A DNA stretch of 64,000 bases from Azolla caroliniana (Eukaryota; Plantae; Polypodiophyta), in assembly GCA_043228905.1 (NCBI GenBank), contig JBHGNT010000003.1:5642001-5706000 (forward strand), read 5' to 3'. Positions within the stretch are counted from its first letter, which is position 1, and each line of letters starts with the position of its first letter. The notes beneath the pieces are model-generated. The model saw only the letters and a list, made by a program, of their open reading frames with translations, did not search any database and was not told the DNA's origin. Positions 1-13,440 of the stretch are shown here, in pieces. The translations under genes were made by a program, and so were the position numbers.

Positions 1-640
1 CACACACTTTCTCCAAGCAATTGCTTATGCATTTGCATTACATCATTCTACGTGGAACCTCTCCAACCCATTCTCTTTTTATTTCATGAACTTAATTGTG
101 GTTTTCTCTCATTCTACATGCGCCAAGTTAATGTCGTGAATCGGGGACAACAATATGTTCCATAGTAAATGGATTTAGAGATAAGTTCTTGTGATAGGAG
201 TTTAGTTAGAATCCAATATAACTTCTAATTGTGCCCCATTCATTTGTCTACCCTTCCCACTTAATATGTGCCTCCAACTTTATTCTTGAAAATATTCTAT
301 TATGGTCTCATTCAAGCGTATGACATTTCACTACCATGGGTTAATAACACATTTTGAAAATCAAGACATGTCTACCACAATGGAAGTGGTATTCTAGGTG
401 GGTATGGAAGCCTTTCAATCATTTGTTTTGATGCAAAATACTTTGCAACTGGTGCTCAGCAAATGGGAGCAAATGTTTAAATTGTTTGAAATGATCCAGT
501 TAGATCTAGTGATGTTTATGGTTTGAGATACATGTATATTATGTTTGGAGATATATATAATATGATCGTTTGCGTGAGATATATATAGTATGATCTTGTT
601 TAAGTCCTGAAACTGGATCAATATGGCAGGTACACAATCC
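1..640 (-). pseudogene. Possible highly degenerate LINE ORF2 C-terminal remnant
   Basis: Minus-strand translation gives broken fragments such as 'ETIIEYF..W' and 'LTWRM*NERK', resembling the zf-RVT and W-x2-W-x-ER tail of L1 ORF2. Many stops; weak signal. Confidence 0.3.
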
Positions 641-964
641 GTTCATGTTGAAACCATGCATTGATTCATTGGAGATTTATGTAGTATGCAACTTTAAGTC
701 TTTTGAATGTCTGTGTTATATTGTGAAGCCTGGAAGGATGCTTTTGAGAGCATATGCAATATGTGCTCATATCACCCGACAAAGAATGAATTGTGAGGTT
801 TATAATGTGGTCCATAATTATGTCCTAAAAGTAGGCGTTTGATAAATGTATGAATTAGATCATGTTTAGATTGTGCAAGACATCTACAATGTAACTTATC
901 ATTAACAAATTTGCATCGATGGATGTAGGGTTCAAGTATAAGGTACTTCCATGTTTTTCAAATA

Positions 965-1530
965 TCTTATTTGTGTTATCCATTTTTCAACAATGATACT
1001 AGAAAGCTACTTATATCCTAATATAGAATACTCAATTCACGGTCTTCAACCAAAGGTCTTAGGCTCCATTGTTGGCCACTACAAGCACAATGGCATAAAG
1101 TAAATATGGATTTGGCGTAAAATCAATAAAAACAACTTGTGCGTATTAGTAAACATCAAATAAAATCAACATTGTTAAACAACATCACCAATGGGCAAAC
1201 CATCATAGCTATGGCAATGCTCATGTCGTCGTGACCGTCTTCTTGGTCTTATTTCTGTTATCCATGTTTTCAACAATGATACTAGAAAGTTGCTTATATC
1301 CTAATATAGAATACTCAATTCATGGTCTTCAACTAAAGTTCTTAGGCTCCATTGTTGGCCACTACAAGCACAATGGCATAAAGTAAATATGGATTTGGCA
1401 TAAAATCAATAAAAACAACTTGTGCATATTAGTAAACATCAAATAAAAATCAACATTGTTAAACAACATCACCAATGGGCAAGCCATCATAGCTATGGCA
1501 ATGCTCATGTCGTCGTGACCGTCTTCTTGG
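965..1530. repeat. Tandem direct duplication, ~282-bp unit x2
   Basis: 965-1246 and 1247-1530 are near-identical (tcttattt.tgttatccat...gtgaccgtcttcttgg). Confidence 0.9.
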
Positions 1531-2081
1531 GAAGCCGAGCTCGCTCTGCTTTGGATATGAGATTCATTGCTAGCATACTTCTAGCATTATGGAAACTAAT
1601 CTCTCAGCATAGTAATAGACATAGATCCAATCACAACCAATACCAATCCAAAAGGCATCCGCAATCCAACTACATTCACCATGAGAATATGCATCATGGA
1701 TATGGTGCTCCATTGAGGCCGGCTTGTACCAATAGAATGATTAAACTGTGGATGGGGAAGATGAGGATGTGAACAGAATCACGAGAGGAAGCACGCATAG
1801 AGAGAGAGCTCTATCAGTAACGGAATTGAGCATAAAGATATGCGTTATAAAGCCCTTGATTAGAGCTTCGTAAGAAGATATAGCAAGTTAAATTTGGTGG
1901 TCTGTGCAAGAAGCAACGATTCAAATAAGGTCATGTATTGTTGACATCCACATACTCAACACGCATTGCGGGTCTTCTATTGTATTCATCATCTTCGACC
2001 TCTTCAATCGGGTGAGTTCCGGTTGTCTTTCTTGTTCATGGAATTTTCTTTTTATCTCGGATCACTATCACATTAAGAATA

Positions 2082-3440
2082 ATGGATATAAACATGAATT
2101 CCTCTCAAATTGTGGGGGACATCGATATGGAAACAATTGATCCAAAAAAGAGTAATGTGATGGTTGAATGTAATCGTGAAAGGGAAGACATTGGAAGCTC
2201 TAAGAGGTTTAAGGACATTGAGGAAATTAATGGGAAAAAAGTGACATATGCCGAAGTAATACATGTAGATGAGGTTGACAAGGATCATTGTAATTGGGAT
2301 AATTTATGGGGAATTGCCAATACCTTATTGTCTGATATTGTGGAAGAAAATGAAAATGCAGCGAAAGAATGCAATGATGAGGATGTGCATGATGTGGATG
2401 TTGATGCTAAGGCAGTGTTGCAATCTTTTGATATATTCTATGATCGTGCGTTTATATTGTTTTTTATCGGGAAACTCCCATACATTAATTGGATTAAACA
2501 ATGGTTGAACACAATCGTGTCACCAAATTGTGTTGAAAATATATATGCAAGACCATGAGGGTTTTATGATGTAGTGTTTCGTTCATCGGAACATCGAAGT
2601 GCATTGTGGGCTAAAGTTCCAGTGTTTTTTGATAAACGATTGGTGCATGTAATGCAATGGTCCCCCGTTGTGGACTATCATGCTTTGTTGAAACAAGAAT
2701 GCCTTGTTCGGGTAATAGTGGATTGTAAGCATGTTTTTTTATAGCCACTTTTACTAGAGTTGATGAGTCAAATGGGTAAAGTGTTGGTATCTCCACATGC
2801 AAATGCTACAAATAAGTGCAAATTTTGTGTGTTATGGGATACAAGTCATAAGAGACCAGGATGGGTGCATATAAACACACTTGGAATGAAAAGACTTTGT
2901 TTTAAATTGAAGTGGGAGACATTTGCAGGTCACTATTTTGGATGTGGTGAATGAGGTCACTTTATGGAAAAATGCCATCGTCATTGTCCTTCAAATATAG
3001 AGCTTCCTAATGAAGGGAATGGTAAGGAAGGATTTGGCAAAGATGTTGGTGTGTTAGATATGGTGGTTGTTATGGATGAAGGAACATCATCTAGAGTAGG
3101 CGATAAAGAGGTTTCACTTCAAGGTTTGGGCCCTAAGAATAAGTGAACTCAATCTATGGATATGGTTATAGATAAGGGGAAAAAACTGTTGGATAGAACT
3201 AGTAATGATGTTGTTGTTGAAAAGGATTGGCATCAGGTTAAGGGCAAGTCGAAGGACAAATCAATGAATATGCAACACAATAGTTTGCCCACTACTTGTG
3301 AGACTACTTGGAAAAGTAATTCAGGAACTAGGGAGGGTCCTCGAAAAGGTCCTTGGCAAAGACAATTTAGGGATAAGGGATTACCCCTTCACCTTCAATT
3401 TGATTCATTGGGACAGGTTGTTAATTCATCGAATTCTTGA
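2082..3440 (+). pseudogene. LINE ORF1 (gag-like) pseudogene
   Basis: ORFs 2082-2558, 2760-2954, 2964-3146 and 3156-3440. A broken zinc knuckle 'YFGCGE*GHFMEKC' spans the 2954 stop. Located upstream of the endonuclease. Confidence 0.65.
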
Positions 3441-3742
3441 GGTTTCCATCAAGCGGGAGAACCTAAACAAAAGAGTTCAATAGACAACACTAAGGATGTG
3501 GTGCTGAAAATCCATATGCAACATTGGAACATGCTTTGACTAGTTTCATGACATCGGTTTCTCTAAGGAGCAAGTGCACCCATAACATTGTTGATTGAAT
3601 GAAAGTGGTAACATGGAATGTGAGAGGGGCATGTTCTCCTCATAAGAAGTATATATTATGGCAAACTCTATTAAGTAAAGAATGAGATATATTATGTGCA
3701 GTTGAGCATAAGTGTCATGAATTAGCAGGATCCACAGTTCAT

Positions 3743-6700
3743 TTGCGTGGATATTCATCATTCTATGCAGGATATCTTCATAATTATTATTCAGGTGTGG
3801 TATTAATTGTGCGGGATAAATATTTTCCTCGGGTGGTGCATAATGATCCTTATGGTCGTTTTTTGGTTCTAGAAATCACTTTTTTTGGCGAGGTTGTGTG
3901 GGTGGTTGGGATATATGCCCCTAACCAAGCCACTCAACGTATTGCATTATGGGGCTCACTTCGTCAAACCCTATGTGTGGGCCGCCCAGGATTACTTATG
4001 TGTGATTTTAACATGTGAGTTGATGCATCTTAATCTACGTCTAAACATTCAATCATGGATGATCCTGAGCAACTTTCTTGGGATTCATTGGCTACCGAGG
4101 TTCTGAAGTTGGATGTTTGGACATGGTTGCATTGGAATGAACCAGGTTTTACTTTCCAATCCGCTCAACATAGACAAACATGGAGTCGGTTAGATAGAAT
4201 GTATGTGATGCGCAATGATTCTTTTTCACCGACATCACTTCGTATGGTAGTTTTACAAGATGTAGGAACTTCAGATCACTTTCCTATTTGTTTGGAGTTT
4301 TGTGGTCATGCAATTGAAATGTATAAATCCTTGCTTGAAAAGCCTTCATTACGCTTTAACTCTTCTCTTTTGCTTCAACCTCACTTTGATTCTCTCATGG
4401 AGCAAATTTTGGTAAATTTTTCACAAGAAATGAATCTTAAAGGAGTTAAAGCATGGGATATCACGTTACGAAATATTAAGATCATTCATCGTATGTATGG
4501 AGTAACTAATGCTCAACGAAGAAGAGGTCTTCTTCCACAATTCTCACAAGTTCTCTCTAGGTGTAATGCGTTATTGATATGATCACCATTAGATGAGGAG
4601 CTTTTGGATATTCAGAGTCAATTGCATGTTATTATTTCTCAGTTGCAATGCCAAAGTTATCGTTATGCTAAGATGCGACAACTCAAGGAAGGACTCATTG
4701 ATAATCAATGTCAATCTCATTTGTTTTTCCAAGAATTACATCCTACTTATGCTCAATCTAATGTGGTACATGTGAAGCAAGGGGATGAATTGATAGTGGA
4801 TCCTACAACAATAATTGACATATGTCTTCATTACTTTAAGGAGTTGATTGGTCCACAATTGTTAATGACAGATGAGGTGAGTAGAGCACGTCATGAGTTT
4901 TATGATGTGGTTGGATGTATTGTGCATGATCTCATTAGTCCTGAATTGGATGCGGATTTCACTGAGGATGAGGTGGATGTAGTTTTAAGGCATCTTCCTA
5001 GTGGTAAGAGCCCTGGTTGGGATGGCTTGACAAATGAAGTTTTTAAGAGATATTCCAACATTTTTAAGGGGCCCTTGACTTTGATGTTTCAACATTCTTG
5101 GGATTCTGGTCGTATGCCTCAATCTTTGAAGGTTGGTCTAATTAAATTAGTTCCAAAGGTGGCATCTCTAGAGTCATTTCATCAATGGAGACCTATTTCT
5201 TTGACGGGGGGGTTGTACAAGATATTTACAAAGATCTTGGCAAATAGATTACAAAAGTATTTGCCAAAGTTGATACATCCCGCCCAATATGGTTTTATTG
5301 CATGTAGGAATATATTGCATAATGTGTTGAATGTTCAAATGGCCATGGATTATGCTCGAAACACACATCAAGCATTGATTATGGTGCTATTAGATTTGGA
5401 GAAAGCTTATGATCATGTTAATTGGTCCTTTGTTTCTAGGTAAATGCATACAATGGGCTTTGGACCTCGTATGTCTTGCCTCATATTTTTATTAGGACAA
5501 GATGCGGTGTCTCTAGTCATGCTTAATGGGGGAGTTACATCAGATATCGCCCTTACAAGATCCGTTCGTAAAGGATGCCCTATTAGCCCATTGTTGTTTG
5601 CTATTGTTACTCATCCCTTGTTAGTGATGCTATCAAGGCTTGCAACAAATGGTGATATTGTGGGTCTACACCTTCCGTCTAGAGGGCAACTACTTGCACA
5701 AGCTTTGGCAAATGATTCTTTCATGTTTCTACAAGCCTCGCGAGAGAATCTTTAGAAGGGGATGCTTGTATGGAACCAATTTGCATTGCCTTCCGGATTA
5801 CATATTAATTAGAGGAAGTCTAGTCTCATATCATGTACTGAAAGGGATTTGGAATGTTTAGGATGGCAAGGATCCATGGTGAAGAAAGACTTTATTTTTT
5901 GACACTTGGGCTATCCATTAGGAATGAATGTTACAAATGGTCAATTGATTGAATGGATGTCTGGTAAGTTGAAGGATAAGTTCATGTATTAGAAATCACA
6001 ATCTTGGCCATTTCATGTACGTTTGAAGGTTGTACAATGTATTATGGAACCTATGATATTCTATTACTTGCCATTGCTGCCATGGACAAAGAAGGCTTTG
6101 CATTCTATTTTGCAAGAAGAGGGATAAGATGGGGAAACACTTGGGTTGCTTGGAATCATCTAGCAACTCCTAAGCGCTTGGGGGAGATGGAATATTGAAC
6201 TTATCTAAGCATATGATGACTCCTAGATTTTCATTATTACAAGACATGTGTTCAAACTCACAACCATGGATATCTATTGTTCAATATATTTCATTGAGAA
6301 CAAGGGTTTACCACATGGGAGGACAACAATTAAGGTTGCATGGTGGCAATTAGGATTCCAGGCTCTACACGTGTTCAACACTTGGTTACCTCATGGCAAG
6401 AATCACTCTTGTTATGTGTATGGAAACCATCATCTAGTAGAGAGCATTGTAATTCTTTGCAAAAAGAGTTACTTGTGTCTTCTCAGTTAGTATGTTGGCC
6501 AGGAAAGGAGAGATTGCGCTCTCAATTTAATCGTTTGTTTCGTTTGCGGGTCACAGAAGTGGGAGATATAGTTAAGGCTCCATCTCAAAGAATTTTGGTG
6601 TTTGTTGAAGCGCAACAATTATTACGCATTCCGCCTAATTATGGGTTTATTAGGCAACAACTAAAAATATTCTATTGATGCAAGGTCCCTTACCTCTACA

Positions 6701-7388
6701 AACAGGAGAACAACCGTGGATTGATTAGTATTTAAAGGGACAAACATCGTTGTTACAAGTGACTACTAATCTTTTGTATCATCACTGTGTTGAGTCTCTT
6801 AGATTGTTATCATCTAAGGCTGAAGAAGAATGGAGATTACACAAATCTGATCATGGGTGGTGGCAAATCTTACAACGTAGTTGGCATTCTAAATTGCCAC
6901 TTGTAGCAAAGGTCTTCATTTGGAGAGTTTTGATTGGAGGATTGCCTTTGGGATTAGCTCTAAAGCGTCGTGGACTAGCAACGAGTAATTGCTTTTTTTG
7001 CACTGTTCAAATGGAAGATAGTACTCATCGATTTATACAATGTCCGATTGCTTCTCAGATTTGGAGTTACATTTCTCAAATTTGGCAAGTTTTATCACGG
7101 TGTTATTTAACACCTAGACAATGGTGTTTGCACAATTTACACAGGTGGACCCAAAGTTAGAGATGGAGATCGTTTTTCTATTTCTGAGATATTGGGAATT
7201 GCGTCATAATTGGAATATGCGCAACGCTTTTTGTATTCGATGGTAGACATGGAGTGAAAGCATATCTACGAAAGTTGAAGGGAGTACTAATGTGGCAATT
7301 TTCTTTATTGGAGCAAGTGGAAATTCTTTCCTCAATGGAGTGTTCCTCTTGCCTATTAGCAATTCAACATGTTCCACTACCCATGTAG
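3743..7388 (+). pseudogene. LINE ORF2 pseudogene (endonuclease-RT-zf-RVT)
   Basis: APE motifs: IYAPN, CDFN, SRLDRMY, SDHFPI. RT motifs: KSPGWDG, WRPISL, DLEKAYD, RKGCPISP. zf-RVT motif: CFFC...HRFIQC. Confidence 0.9.
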
Positions 7389-7485
7389 TGTAGTGTAGTT
7401 AGTGGGTGACCATACTTCATGGTCACACCCATTCTAAGTAGTGTTTTTTACACACATTTATTAATATAATTGTGTGTTTTCACCA

Positions 7486-7512
7486 AGAGAGAGAGAGAGA
7501 GAGAGAGAGAGA
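7486..7512. repeat. (GA)n microsatellite
   Basis: About 13 GA units just after the LINE 3' end. Confidence 0.9.
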
Positions 7513-8888
7513 ATTTGAATTTTGACCCAAAAACTTAATCTCTCTCTCTTCTTCTTTTCTTTTTTTGTTTATTTCTTTTTCGAGTTTCTTTTCTTTTTAT
7601 TTATTTATTTTTCTTTCTACCTGTAATCGGACGGCCCTGATCGTCTAATATTCTCAAAACAAATTTAGGGTCGTCCAAGCCCTAGATTCACTCATTCTTC
7701 ACATTTATGAACCTTGAGGTCGAATAGTGATGAACCATCCGCATCCACATCCAATCCACATATACATACATCCAGATCCTACATTATAGGTTAATATTTA
7801 ACTCATGTTTGAAGAATTACCATCACGTATCCCAATGCCATTATTATTCTCCGCACAAAATTTATGTGTGTGTTTGTGATTGTTAATTTTTATATTAATT
7901 TTTGTCTCTATATGTACTAACTCTGAATGTATATGTGTGTGTATCAATGTAATTGTCTGTACATGTGTACATTTCTGTGCATGTACCCTAATATATAATA
8001 ATTATGGGCCCGATTTCGGTTCAACTCGGTTTCTTGACCTTGAAACCAAACCAAACAATTTACAAATTCTCAAGCCATATAAACCGAACCATTTAGAACC
8101 ACACCATTTAAGCAAGAAAATTTAAAAACTAGGTGAAACCAAACTAGGATTTATGTGGCTCATTTTTTGGATACGAAGAGTGTGAGATAAAGAGTGAAAG
8201 TGATCTTGGAGAGAGAATTTTGGAGTGTGAGTGAGCCATTAGAGTTAGGGAGTGAAAGCGAGAGACAACGAGAGAGCTAAAAGAGAGGGAAAGACAAAGA
8301 GAGGCCTTACCTATTTATCATTGATGGTAACCATCACAAGCTGTCTAAAGCGACATGCATACACAAAATGTCTCGCTCTACAATGAAGACACGCATGTCA
8401 TTATACGATGTTATTATGTGTTGCTTGCAACGTCGATATGTAATTACGTATTAGGCACGTGCATCAAAGGTACTAAAGACATTTTCTGCGTTGATAACAC
8501 CCTCTTTTGTAGTAATGTTTTATATGTCGCTTAGATCCTTTAGGATATTGTTGAAGCAACATTATGACCTTAAATATTTTGTTTGTTTATATAGTTATTT
8601 AAGAGAGAAGAGGAAGTGTTTTTCTCAGCCTAATACACAATTTTTTGTTACAACTCAATATTGCTAGAGAACCACTCTTGCATATTTTATCTCCTTAAAG
8701 AGGTAAAACTTTGATCAAGTGAAAGACATGCACTCGGTGCAACATACCTAGACAGAAAATATTGATTTCTTTTGGCTACAAAAGCCCATGTCGGGGTGGT
8801 GAAGGAACACAAAAGTTTTCAGGAAATGTAAGCTTTCCAACCCAATGAGAAAATGTTATTGATCAAAATGCTTATAGAAGGATATACT

Positions 8889-11800
8889 TTAGCCTAGCGG
8901 AAATGGCTTTTTTCCGTTATAGTGTGTCTCACATAACCATGCAACTTGAGTTCTCCCGTCGACTTCATAGCGGGTACGTTTAAGAAGGAACTTCTTAGCT
9001 ATGTTCTCATCTGTCAAACCTCCATTTTCCTCCAATATCAATGCCAAACATTTTTGCCACTCTTTGGAAGCAGACTCTAATGTACTTAGATATCTATCTT
9101 TGTTTGATTTAATAGTATTTTGTATCATGGGGTATCCATTCGCTAGTTGTTTGAATTGGGGGGACCAATTAGGAATCAAGGAGCTTGCGGCTGGAACCAC
9201 AGAGGAAATACCGAGTCTAGCACCTATTATTAGAACACGAAGGAAACCATTGATATAAGGAAGAGCTTTATTTAGAGTCTTTAATCGAGACTCTGACAAG
9301 CAGGTGAGGGTGATACCAGGTTGGTCTTTCACTGGATGTGGCAATCTCTTATGTTCACAATATAAATGGATTGTCACGAATTCCCCTTCCAAAAGTTGAG
9401 CCACGAATCTCACAAGTCTTTGGAATGTTGAGTTACGAAATTTAAACATAACGAAGGCAACACGAGGGAGTTGTTTCTCAGCTTCATTCTCTAGAACCAT
9501 CTCCAAAAGCTTGCTTACGGATTTCTCAACCTTGATAATAACATCTTTCTTCATACATTGAAGTTCCTTGTGTATTTCTTTTAGCGTCTTGGTCATTTGA
9601 TCCATCTTATGATGTAGCTCATCAATCTTATGATGTAAACTTAACATTGACCTTACCATAAACTTACTATATTGTACCTCAACCGTTTCTTCTGATGTTT
9701 GACCTTCTTGCACCAAATAATTTTCAAAGTTGGTCATGATCACATTTTCACGACTTTGATATTGCCCAGATACATTGACTTCATTATTCTCCAACAATGC
9801 ATCCTCCACCTCCACCTTAAACCATTGTTTACATGAGTTGAGAACCTCCTCATAATACTCCAACCCTAAGAGATCTATCAAAGCACTTCTTAGAGGAATA
9901 GGCATATGCTTCGTCCGTTTCCAATCATAAAATTCTTCATTGCCTTCCTCAAGTTTTTCTCGTAGTTCTTCCTTCAAGTAAGATATTTCCACGCATCGAT
10001 CTTCTCTTTCTTGTGCATTTGATGGATCACGTAAGCAATCAGGTCGTATGACGCTCTCGATCAGCTTAACCCCTTGGATGCCAGTGGGTTGTGCACAAAT
10101 TGTGATCAAGGTGTTAATGATACGCTTTTCCACAAATGCTAATGTACTTTGCGTATTTTCGTTAGTATTATTTTGAGCCCGAACCAATACATCTATCACA
10201 TAGCTTGATTTTGCTTGGCATAAGATAATGATTATCTCACTACGTGGAAAAAGTATGGATATGAAATCCTTGCCCAAAGTGACCTCAGCTTTATCATCCT
10301 CAGATTGGAAGACATTCTTAAATATCAATTGAATCCTGGGAAACAGGCCTGGTGTAAGAAATGTGCGGATTCTGTTCTCGCACTCTAGTCTTCTGCCCAT
10401 GTACACTAAAGTATTCTCACTATCATCTATTGGAGTCCATTGGGGCTGTTCCCCAACCTCATCCTTGGACAATATGGCAGGGATAAAGATCCACTCTGCT
10501 GTGGTATTGGGGACTTTGGGAACTTTGCAACATAAGTGCATGGCCTCCATCAATTCTACCAATATTGAGCTATTTACTTTAGATCCTGTAATGGATACAA
10601 ACTTCCGCTCTAAGAAATCCCGAGGTAAGTATCCATTTTTAAATGTAATGTTACCCTTACGTGATCCTTTTGAATTTGGGAAACCAATGAGGCTGCCCAT
10701 GATCTCATTGCAGAACCAGTTGGGATTGAGAACTATGTGCTTGATTCCGTTTATGTAGATGATGTTGCCCGACTCATTCAAGGATAAGGCGATTATATTT
10801 AGCTTAGCTTTGTCACTCGTGAGATTGGAAAACTGACCATCGATATTGCAGATTTCGCTGAATTTCGTCCAAGTAATGATTTGTTCATTACTGCTCTTCG
10901 AATAATTCCAGAGATGTTTGCTTACCTGCCTGCAGATGTCGTAGAGCTCAATACCTTCGAGCACCTCTTTGGCAATTCTGAAAACGCATTCTCGTACAGC
11001 TTTGACAGAATTTTTATTTCTTGCATCCACTTCAAATGGAGGGTCCACGATGTCAATCAGCCATTTAAATTCTGATCGAAGAGATTCAAGGGAAGGTGAG
11101 AGAGAGCTTGAGACAAACTCCATTTGGTCTGATCGAGTGAATACCACAATCACTTTGAGGGCAATGTTGGATTGACGGCTTTTGGAGGCCAGGAACTTGA
11201 GCCAGTACCTGAAGCTTGCTTCGAAGTCCACAAATTCTTTCTCTACTCCTCCATGACTACTTTCGCTATATATGGGGCTCCAGACGAACATGAACATGGA
11301 TGGAACATGATAAGAGCTTGATCCTATGTCTGGCAACATGCAGTCATGGAATGCGTGGAACTGTTGTTGGCCTGCCATGTCCCACACAGACACTCCGATT
11401 CCATCATTCTCGATGGCCTGCACCTCGATTCCTTGTGTGCGACCTCCTCGGGTAAACAGGTCTTTCAGCTTGTCTCTCTTGCGTGAATCCATTGAACGCA
11501 TGGTGGATACAAGGGTAGTCTTTCCTGCAGAAATCAAAATAAGCAAATTATGCATTGCAAGTAGTCTTTGGCGTGATTAAACCTCATCAATCTAGGCTAA
11601 CTGTTTTTCAAAAAAATGAGAGTGAGTTCTGTGTTTTTTGTTTTTACCTGCGAATGGATCCCCACAGATGAACAGTCGAATGGAAGTCGCAGGCGCTCGC
11701 TTCAGATCTGATCCCAAGAAGAAATTGCGCTGGTTCCTCCATAGCTGGGCCTTGACAGCAGGGTCCTTAGAGTTGGAATATTCGAAGAATGGAAGGCCGG

Positions 11801-12776
11801 AGCGAGAAAGACCATCTACGACCACTCCAATCGTAGATTGGCTTAATTCGACTGAAAGGAGTAACCCTAACTTAAGGCTGTATAGTTGAGGAGGTTCGGC
11901 ACCCACCTCCTTCTTTGTGGGTGCAAGGTGCTCCATGAATTTCTTCAGGTCCATCTCTCCATTGTCATAGCTCTCTAAAGAGAGCTCTTTGAGATTCGGC
12001 CAGTGGTGCAGGAAACCGGTGCACCTTCTCCATTCAATGGGTTTGGAATAGATATGCAGTCTCTGGAGAGAGGCAGCGAGGGGTGAATTTGAGGGATGAA
12101 GCTCCGCTAATTTCACCGCAAACTCTGCGGAAATCTCCACAGACTGAATATGGAGGCTATTGAGGGAGGTGAAGTGGCCTAACACCTCTATGCACTCATC
12201 GCTAATCTTCATGAAATGCAGGGAGAGATGTTTGAGGCCTGTGCTTTTCTTTAGGGCAGTCAGAAGACCATGAGCATCCACGGATCCATCTTCTTTGCGG
12301 ATGTGCAGGCTCTCAGGTGTGGCATTTCGATCAGCGGCGAGAGAGAGAGCCTCGATCCAAGCTCTGTTTTCTTCTTCAGTGAGATTCTTTAGGTCTAGGA
12401 GATGGAGAGTTCGGCCGGTGAGATTGGCGGCAGCCGTGAGGATAGCGATTCTTCGCTCGGGAGTGAGATCGGGGCCTCCTAAGTCCACCATCATGTCTTT
12501 GCTCTCCCATTCTCTCCTTTTCGGAGCATTCGAAGAATATGAGGGATAAATTATGCCCTTCATGGTGGCATCTTCTTGCATGGTGGTAGTGTCGATGAGG
12601 AACAGGTTCTCGACATGATGCATGCCGAGCTTCGTAACGAATGGATCATTGTGAGAGAGCTCATCCAAGTGATGGCGAAGCCGATCTCTCGATATCTTGC
12701 ATGCACTCTTGATCTCTTCGGGCTCCCAATGCGTGAGGAAGATGCGCTGAGGCGTTGGAAGTATCGTGTCCGTCAT
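8889..12776 (-). CDS. LRR-Roc-COR (ROCO) GTPase, TORNADO1-like; exons 12776-11648 and 11524-8889, ~1254 aa
   Basis: A GT-AG phase-1 intron at 11647-11525 joins two long ORFs in frame and rebuilds the P-loop ICGDPFAG|KTTL. Other motifs: RTQGI (G2), WDMAGQ (G3), TRSD (G4), COR-type VLNPNWFC, a coiled coil, and C-terminal HLYCEH...WLCETH. N-terminal degenerate LRRs (LKHLSL, LNSLHI, LQRLHI, LKELSL). No internal stops. Confidence 0.88.
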
Positions 12777-13138
12777 GGGTTGAATTTGATCAATGTTACT
12801 CTCTTTGTTTCAATGGAGTTTGAAAGCTGGAATGTTTGTGTATGTAAGAGACAAGCTCAGTTCAATGGAGATGAATGTAGCCGAGATAGATACATTGGTT
12901 TGTTATCTTCTTTGGTTTATGTCTTGTATGTAGTTCAAAATACATATGTATAAAGAAGTGGATGATACAATACATGTTGACATTTCTCTGGTTGGACCCC
13001 ACTTGAGTTGACATTTTCGTACTTTGTGGCCCCCACTTGGTTGACATTTCTCATGACCGGATGTTTTCTTATGTGACTTTTGGGGCCTTCCGAGTACATG
13101 TTTTTGGTTGAGTTGGACGGAGAGTAGTTTAAAGTTCT

Positions 13139-13440
13139 ATCATTAGCGTGTTTGATGGAACACAATTGAAACGATGAATGAGAAAAAGAATGACCCGATT
13201 AATTTTTTACATGCCATTCCCGGTGGCTTTTAGCATTGTGGTCCGTTATCCCATTGGGGATGTACTTTTGCCATCATTAGCGTGTTTGAAGAGATGCAAT
13301 TGAAACCATATTCGAATGGGAAACAACAAAACAAATTGATGATAAATGAGAAAAAGAAGAATTTATTGATTTTTTAGATGCCATTTCTAGTGGCTTTTAG
13401 CATCTGGGTTGGCAATCCTGTTGGAGGGTGTACTTGTGCA
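13139..13440. repeat. Diverged tandem duplication upstream of the ROCO gene
   Basis: atcattagcgtgtttga...aatgagaaaaagaa...atgccatt..tggcttttagcat occurs at ~13139 and ~13273. Confidence 0.7.

Larger units (their letters stand above)
2082..7390 (+). mobile_element. Degenerate near full-length L1-clade LINE
   Basis: ORF1 fragments followed by ORF2 fragments in the order APE endonuclease, RT, zf-RVT. Many stops and frameshifts. Ends approximate; no TSD found. Confidence 0.9.
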
